DNA of 31,458 bases from IMG/VR virus record IMGVR_UViG_2534681704_000006. One strand, given 5' to 3'. The position numbers were made by a program, and so were the translations under genes. This document shows, in pieces, positions 26,563-31,458 of this stretch (the first letter of the stretch is position 1; each line of letters begins with the position of its first letter). Under the pieces are notes generated by a model that did not search any database, was not told the origin of the DNA, and saw nothing but the letters and a program-made list of their open reading frames with translations. Source of the stretch: a virus (lineage: Duplodnaviria; Heunggongvirae; Uroviricota; Caudoviricetes).

Positions 26563-29400
26563 ATGGCAGTAAAAATTTCAGGTGTACTGAAAGACGGCAC
26601 AGGAAAACCGGTACAGAACTGCACAATCCAGCTGAAAGCAAAACGTAACAGTACCACGGTGGTGGTGAACACGCTGGCATCTGAAAATCCGGATGAAGCC
26701 GGGCGTTACAGTATGGACGTTGAGTACGGTCAGTACAGCGTTATTCTGTTGGTGGAAGGATTCCCGCCGTCACATGCCGGGACCATCACAGTGTATGAAG
26801 ATTCCCGACCCGGTACGCTGAATGATTTTCTCGGTGCCATGACGGAGGATGATGCCCGTCCGGAGGCACTGCGCCGTTTTGAGCTGATGGTGGAAGAGGT
26901 GGCGCGTAACGCGTCCGTGGTGGCACAGAACACGGCAGCCGCGAAGAAGTCAGCCAGTGATGCCAGCACATCAGCCCGTGAGGCGGCAACCCATGCGACT
27001 GATGCTGCAGGCTCAGCACGCGCAGCCAGCACGTCAGCCGGACAGGCCGCGTCGTCGGCTCAGTCAGCGACTTCCAGCGCAGGAACGGCATTAACAAAGG
27101 CCACTGAAGCATCAAAAAGTGCTGCCGCTGCAGAGTCCTCAAAAAGCGCGGCAGCTACCAGTGCCAGTGCCGCGAAAACGTCAGAAACGAATGCTGCAGC
27201 GTCACAACAATCAGCAGCCACTTCTGCATCCACCGCGACTACGAAAGCGTCAGAAGCTGCCACCTCAGCCCGGGATGCGGCGGCTTCAAAAGAGGCGGCA
27301 AAATCATCAGAAACGAACGCATCCTCGAGCGCCAGTAGCGCAGCTTCCTCGGCAACAGCGGCAGGAAATTCCGCGAAGGCGGCAAAAACGTCCGAGACGA
27401 ACGCTAAGTCTTCTGAAACAGCAGCGGGACAGAGCGCCTCAGCTGCGGCAGGTTCAAAAACAGCGGCTGCGTCGTCTGCCAGTGCTGCGTCAACAAGTGC
27501 CGGGCAGGCCTCAGCCAGTGCCACCGCTGCCGGAAAATCGGCAGAAAGCGCCGCATCATCCGCTTCAACAGCCACAACGAAGGCTGGCGAAGCCACTGAG
27601 CAAGCCACTGCAGCAGCGAGGTCTGCTTCTGCAGCAAAAACCTCTGAAACAAATGCAAAGACTTCAGCAGACAATGCTGCTTCCTCTAAGGCGGCAGCCG
27701 CATCGTCCGCTGGTTCAGCGGCGTCATCGGCATCATCTGCGTCTGCTTCAAAAGATGAGGCGACCAGACAAGCGTCAGCAGCGAAAGGTAGTGCCACGAC
27801 AGCAACAACGAAAGCATCAGAGGCGGCAGGCAGTGCGACGGCTGCATCTCAGAGCAAAGTTGCTGCTGAATCCGCGGCAACGCGTGCCGAAACAGCGGCA
27901 AAACGGGCAGAGGATATTGCTGATGCCGTATCTCTGGAAGATGCGAGTACGACGAAAAAAGGTGTGGTTCAGCTCAGTAGCGCCACTAACAGCCCGTCTG
28001 AAACGCTGGCTGCGACACCAAAAGCGGTTAAGGCGGTAATGGATGAAACGAACAAGAAAGCGCCCTTAAATAGTCCTGCACTGACCGGAACGCCAACAAC
28101 GCCAACTGCGCCAAAAGGTACTAATAATACTCAGATCGCAAGTACGGCTTATGTGATGGCCGCGATTGCCGCCCTTGTAGACTCGTCGCCTGACGCACTG
28201 AATACGCTGAACGAGTTAGCGGCGGCGCTGGGCAACGACCCGAATTTTGCGACCACCATGACTAACGCGCTTGCGGGTAAGCAACCGAAAGATGCCACCC
28301 TGACGGCGCTGGCCGGGCTTGCTACTGCGGCAGACAGGTTTCCGTATTTTACGGGGAATGATGTCGCCAGCCTGGCAACCCTGACAAAAGTCGGGCGGGA
28401 TATTCTTGCGAAATCGACCGTTGCTGCCGTTATCGAATACCTCGGTTTACAGGAAACGGTAAATCAGGCTTCTGGCGCATTACAGAAAAACCAGAACGGC
28501 GCAGATATTCCGGGAAAAGATACCTTCACCAAAAACATTGGTGCCTGCCGCGCATATAGCGCATGGCTGAATATTGGTGGCGATAGTCAGGTCTGGACAA
28601 CTGCGCAATTTATTTCGTGGCTGGAGAGTCAGGGGGCATTTAACCATCCTTACTGGATGTGCAAAGGCTCATGGGCTTATGCAAATAATAAGGTTATTAC
28701 AGATACAGGTTGCGGAAATATTTGTCTTGCAGGTGCTGTGGTGGAAGTTATTGGCACTCGCGGCGCAATGACCATACGCGTTACTACGCCGAGCACGTCC
28801 AGCGGTGGCGGAATTACTAACGCTCAATTCACTTATATTAATCATGGTGATGCTTACGCTCCTGGCTGGCGACGAGACTACAACACGAAAAACCAGCAGC
28901 CTGCATTTGCTTTAGGGCAAACAGGAAGCAGGGTCGCAAATGATAAAGCTGTTGGCTGGAACTGGAATAGCGGTGTTTATGATGCAGATATCAGTGGTGC
29001 ATCGACATTAATCCTCCACTTCAATATGAATGCGGGGAGTTGCCCTGCTGTACAGTTCCGCGTGAATTACAGGAACGGCGGTATTTTTTATCGTTCAGCG
29101 CGTGATGGTTATGGCTTTGAAGCTAACTGGTCAGAGTTTTACACCACAACACGCAAACCCTCTGCGGGGGATGTTGGTGCATATACGCAGGCAGAATGTA
29201 ACTCAAGGTTTATTACAGGTATTCGCCTTGGCGGTCTGTCATCTGTTCAGACATGGAAAGGCCCCGGCTGGTCTGACAGGTCAGGTTATGTCGTTACGGG
29301 TTCAGTTAACGGAAACCGTGATGAATTAATTGATACAACTCAGGCAAGGCCAATTCAGTATTGCATTAATGGGACGTGGTATAACGCGGGGAGTATTTAA
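26563..29400 (+). CDS. stf: side tail fibre protein Stf (lambda-like N-terminus, Ala/Ser-rich repeats, variable C-terminus)
   Basis: 945-aa product from MAVKISGVLKDGTGKPVQNCTIQLKA... matching recalled lambda/Rac Stf N-terminus; gix-like site at 28430..28455 divides constant from variable part. Confidence 0.9.
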   Translation: MAVKISGVLKDGTGKPVQNCTIQLKAKRNSTTVVVNTLASENPDEAGRYSMDVEYGQYSVILLVEGFPPSHAGTITVYEDSRPGTLNDFLGAMTEDDARPEALRRFELMVEEVARNASVVAQNTAAAKKSASDASTSAREAATHATDAAGSARAASTSAGQAASSAQSATSSAGTALTKATEASKSAAAAESSKSAAATSASAAKTSETNAAASQQSAATSASTATTKASEAATSARDAAASKEAAKSSETNASSSASSAASSATAAGNSAKAAKTSETNAKSSETAAGQSASAAAGSKTAAASSASAASTSAGQASASATAAGKSAESAASSASTATTKAGEATEQATAAARSASAAKTSETNAKTSADNAASSKAAAASSAGSAASSASSASASKDEATRQASAAKGSATTATTKASEAAGSATAASQSKVAAESAATRAETAAKRAEDIADAVSLEDASTTKKGVVQLSSATNSPSETLAATPKAVKAVMDETNKKAPLNSPALTGTPTTPTAPKGTNNTQIASTAYVMAAIAALVDSSPDALNTLNELAAALGNDPNFATTMTNALAGKQPKDATLTALAGLATAADRFPYFTGNDVASLATLTKVGRDILAKSTVAAVIEYLGLQETVNQASGALQKNQNGADIPGKDTFTKNIGACRAYSAWLNIGGDSQVWTTAQFISWLESQGAFNHPYWMCKGSWAYANNKVITDTGCGNICLAGAVVEVIGTRGAMTIRVTTPSTSSGGGITNAQFTYINHGDAYAPGWRRDYNTKNQQPAFALGQTGSRVANDKAVGWNWNSGVYDADISGASTLILHFNMNAGSCPAVQFRVNYRNGGIFYRSARDGYGFEANWSEFYTTTRKPSAGDVGAYTQAECNSRFITGIRLGGLSSVQTWKGPGWSDRSGYVVTGSVNGNRDELIDTTQARPIQYCINGTWYNAGSI
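26920..27900 (+). repeat. low-complexity Ala/Ser/Thr-rich repetitive coding region within stf (KTSETNA-type repeats)
   Basis: Repeated peptide motifs (AAKTSETNA, SSASAAS) and GC-rich DNA; source of several overlapping alternative-frame ORFs in the track. Confidence 0.7.
28430..28455. other. gix/pix/cix-like 26-bp site-specific inversion crossover site (TTATCGAATACC TC GGTTTACAGGAA)
   Basis: Right half and centre match the recalled Mu gix site (TTATCCAAAACCTCGGTTTACAGGAA); lies in the conserved EYLGL coding segment of stf. Confidence 0.7.
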
Positions 29401-29402
29401 CG

Positions 29403-29936
29403 ATGATGCACTTAAAAAACATTACTGCTGGCAACCCTAAAACAAAAGAGCAATACCAGCTAACAAAGCAATTTAACATCAAATGGCTTTATTCAGATGA
29501 TGGAAAAAACTGGTATGAGGAACAAAAGAATTTCCAGCCAGACACTTTGAAAATGGTCTATGACCATAACGGCGTTATTATTTGTATTGAAAAGGATGTT
29601 TCAGCAATTAATCCAGAGGGTGCAAGCGTCGTTGAATTACCTGATATTACAGCAAATCGCCGGGCTGATATTTCGGGGAAATGGATGTTCAAAGATGGCG
29701 TAGTGATAAAGCGAACTTATACCGAGGAAGAGCAGAGGCAACAAGCGGAAAATGAAAAGCAAAGCCTGTTGCAACTTGTCAGGGATAAAACCCAGCTATG
29801 GGACTCACAGCTACGGCTGGGCATCATTTCCGACGAGAATAAACAAAAATTAACCGAGTGGATGCTCTATGCGCAGAAAGTCGAATCTACAGACACTTCC
29901 GGCCTGCCAGTAACGTTTCCCGAACAACCAGAATGA
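29403..29936 (+). CDS. tfa: tail fibre assembly protein Tfa
   Basis: 177-aa product [40 protein letters not shown]... typical Tfa/U family, immediately after stf. Confidence 0.85.
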   Translation: MMHLKNITAGNPKTKEQYQLTKQFNIKWLYSDDGKNWYEEQKNFQPDTLKMVYDHNGVIICIEKDVSAINPEGASVVELPDITANRRADISGKWMFKDGVVIKRTYTEEEQRQQAENEKQSLLQLVRDKTQLWDSQLRLGIISDENKQKLTEWMLYAQKVESTDTSGLPVTFPEQPE

Positions 29937-29939
29937 GAG

Positions 29940-29962
29940 AAGGCCCGCTATCGGGCCTTAAT
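29940..29962. terminator. hairpin shared by the convergent tfa genes (bidirectional terminator candidate)
   Basis: AAGGCCCG-CTAT-CGGGCCTT followed by AATTTTTACT. Confidence 0.5.
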
Positions 29963-29964
29963 TT

Positions 29965-30492
29965 TTACTCTGGTTTTTGTGGCCATTCAGGATTTGCCGT
30001 ATCCACACGGCTGACCAGAACACTGTAGCGTTCCCATGCTTCCAGTCGTGTGCGTTCCTCGTCTGTTGCCATATTCAGCCTGACAGCGCGTTCCAGCGGT
30101 TGGATGACTGATTCAGCTTCGAAAAGCAATGCGGCCTTTTGTGATTCGGCCTGTTGTTGTTGCTCGTCTGCCGTATAAATCCGTTTAACCACAGCTCCGT
30201 CCCTAAACATCCACTTACTGGAATCATCAGCGCAGCGGTTGGCTGTAATATCTGGAACCTCAACGACGCTATAACCTTCAGGGTTAAGCGTGGAGGCATC
30301 TTTGGTGATGGCGACAATAATATTATTTGCATCGTAAACAATCTTTATTGTGTCTGGCTGAAAGTTTTTCACTTCCTCATACCAGTTTTTTCCGTCTTCG
30401 GACCATAACCAGATAACATCAAAATTCTTTGTTAGCTGATATTGTTCTTTTGTTTTTGGATTTCCAGACTTAATATTTTTTAAATGCTGCAT
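29965..30492 (-). CDS. alternative tail fibre assembly protein Tfa' (inverted orientation)
   Basis: 175-aa product [40 protein letters not shown]... paralogous to the + strand Tfa. Confidence 0.85.
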   Translation of the reverse strand: MQHLKNIKSGNPKTKEQYQLTKNFDVIWLWSEDGKNWYEEVKNFQPDTIKIVYDANNIIVAITKDASTLNPEGYSVVEVPDITANRCADDSSKWMFRDGAVVKRIYTADEQQQQAESQKAALLFEAESVIQPLERAVRLNMATDEERTRLEAWERYSVLVSRVDTANPEWPQKPE

Positions 30493-30495
30493 AAA

Positions 30496-31458
30496 TTACA
30501 CCTGTACGACGTTATACCATGTGCCATTGATGTATTTTTGTATTGGTCTGAATACTGCCGGATCATCGCCATCAACTGCACCGATAATGCCAAGCCCCGT
30601 AATTGCATGACCTGATTTCTCATACATCACGCCTTTTTGCATAGTCTGAACAACACGTGTACCAAGTCGGACATCTCTCACATAACGTGAGTCAAAATTA
30701 CCATAATTGCCGGGAATAACTTGCGCACCGCAAAGCCAGTTGCCATTGTTGTCCATGTACGCCTGACCATCGGTGCCATTGGCTGTCCTTGAGTTATTAA
30801 TCATGTAGATGCCAAATTGCTTATTCCCCAGTCCACCAATCATAAATTTGCGATCAGCGTGGTCCTGACGAAGTAATGCCTGCGCACCATCGGTGGATAC
30901 CGCATTGCGTCCCAAAATAACATTCTGGTCACGCATATGAATCCACATGCCGGTACTACTGTTAATTGCAAAACGGTTTGCAAATATATCCCCTGTAACA
31001 TCAAGACCATGCCCCATGCTTATCCGACCAGTTCTGAGATTAAGCGTAAAGGGGCGTAGTGGCCCTATATCACCATTTTCTCCCTCATTCTCTCGTGTAG
31101 GGATGATATGCAGGCATTCTTCAGAACGACGAAAAATAGCACCAAAAGATGAATTAAATATCCTCAGTGCATTGACTGTCGATATTTTTACTTCACTGCT
31201 GAAAAGGGCTTTAACAAGGACAGACAAAGCATCCCATTTAAGAGTCATCAGGTCTTTTGTTGTGGTGCTCTGGCGGCTTCTCCATTTGAAATATTCATTG
31301 CCGTTGTCGCCTGTTTCAAACCACATGTATGAATCAGTGTCGCTGTCGGCATTATTTTTAAAACCAATCTTTGCCCAGTCAGTATTTCTAATCCAGGCAA
31401 GGATTGAGTCGTTTTCAAAAGTAAGCCCACCGGACAAGGTATCGCCATTCTTTTGCAC
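30496..31458 (-). CDS. alternative tail fibre C-terminal (variable) segment, 5' end beyond window
   Basis: 320-aa partial ORF running off the window; begins (V)QKNGDTLSGG, paralleling the + strand LQKNQNGADIPG after the crossover site; both end with INGTWYN. Confidence 0.8.
   Translation of the reverse strand: MQKNGDTLSGGLTFENDSILAWIRNTDWAKIGFKNNADSDTDSYMWFETGDNGNEYFKWRSRQSTTTKDLMTLKWDALSVLVKALFSSEVKISTVNALRIFNSSFGAIFRRSEECLHIIPTRENEGENGDIGPLRPFTLNLRTGRISMGHGLDVTGDIFANRFAINSSTGMWIHMRDQNVILGRNAVSTDGAQALLRQDHADRKFMIGGLGNKQFGIYMINNSRTANGTDGQAYMDNNGNWLCGAQVIPGNYGNFDSRYVRDVRLGTRVVQTMQKGVMYEKSGHAITGLGIIGAVDGDDPAVFRPIQKYINGTWYNVVQV

Larger units (their letters stand above)
28443..31458. mobile_element. 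invertible tail-fibre host-range segment (Gin/Pin/Cin-type); right boundary and invertase beyond the window
   Basis: Variable stf C-terminus plus tfa on + strand, convergent tfa' and alternative stf C-terminus on - strand, with a crossover-like site at the left boundary. Confidence 0.7.

Noticed and set aside
27060-28039. Several long overlapping ORFs (27060..27797 -, 27119..28039 +, 26786..27142 -, 27404..27658 -)
   Set aside because: All fall inside the Ala/Ser-rich repetitive region of stf; low-complexity GC-rich repeats create stop-free alternative frames; their translations are Pro/Arg/Gln- or Ala/Asp-rich nonsense
1-31458. tRNA genes or CRISPR arrays
   Set aside because: No cloverleaf-compatible sequences with conserved T-loop (GTTCGAATC-like) and no regularly spaced direct repeat arrays were seen by eye; a tRNAscan/CRISPR finder run would be needed for certainty

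Overview
This window is a defective, mosaic lambdoid prophage of Escherichia/Shigella type, resembling the Rac prophage in its late region. All protein identifications are from memory of the families, not from a search. Reading left to right: a leftward early operon with small accessory genes, the lambda Red/Gam/Kil/cIII block, and an IS1 insertion with a 9-bp target duplication just upstream of cIII; then ea10, sieB, an N-like antiterminator, a P22-type immunity region (c2-like repressor, cro, c1/cII-like) with matching nutL/nutR boxA-boxB sites; then lambda-type O (with ori iterons), P, ren and a nin region (ninB, Dam-like methyltransferase, ninE, rusA, ylcG) and a Q antiterminator. Between Q and the lysis cassette sits a cargo island (Blc-like lipocalin, a DUF523/DUF1722 fusion protein, an AT-rich AraC-family regulator). 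The lysis cassette is phage-21-like (holin, SAR endolysin, Rz/Rz1), followed by TrkG and a ParB-like nuclease with an amber-interrupted partner gene. The structural region is heavily deleted: terS, a truncated terL, a head-morphogenesis fragment and only the C-terminal half of J remain, followed by lom, stf and tfa. The right end is a Gin/Pin-type invertible tail-fibre segment with a gix-like crossover site inside stf and an inverted alternative stf/tfa pair; its right boundary and the invertase gene lie beyond the window. No tRNA or CRISPR array was seen. The most interesting candidates are the Q-to-S cargo island, the invertible host-range segment, and the ParB-like/interrupted-gene pair next to the terminase.
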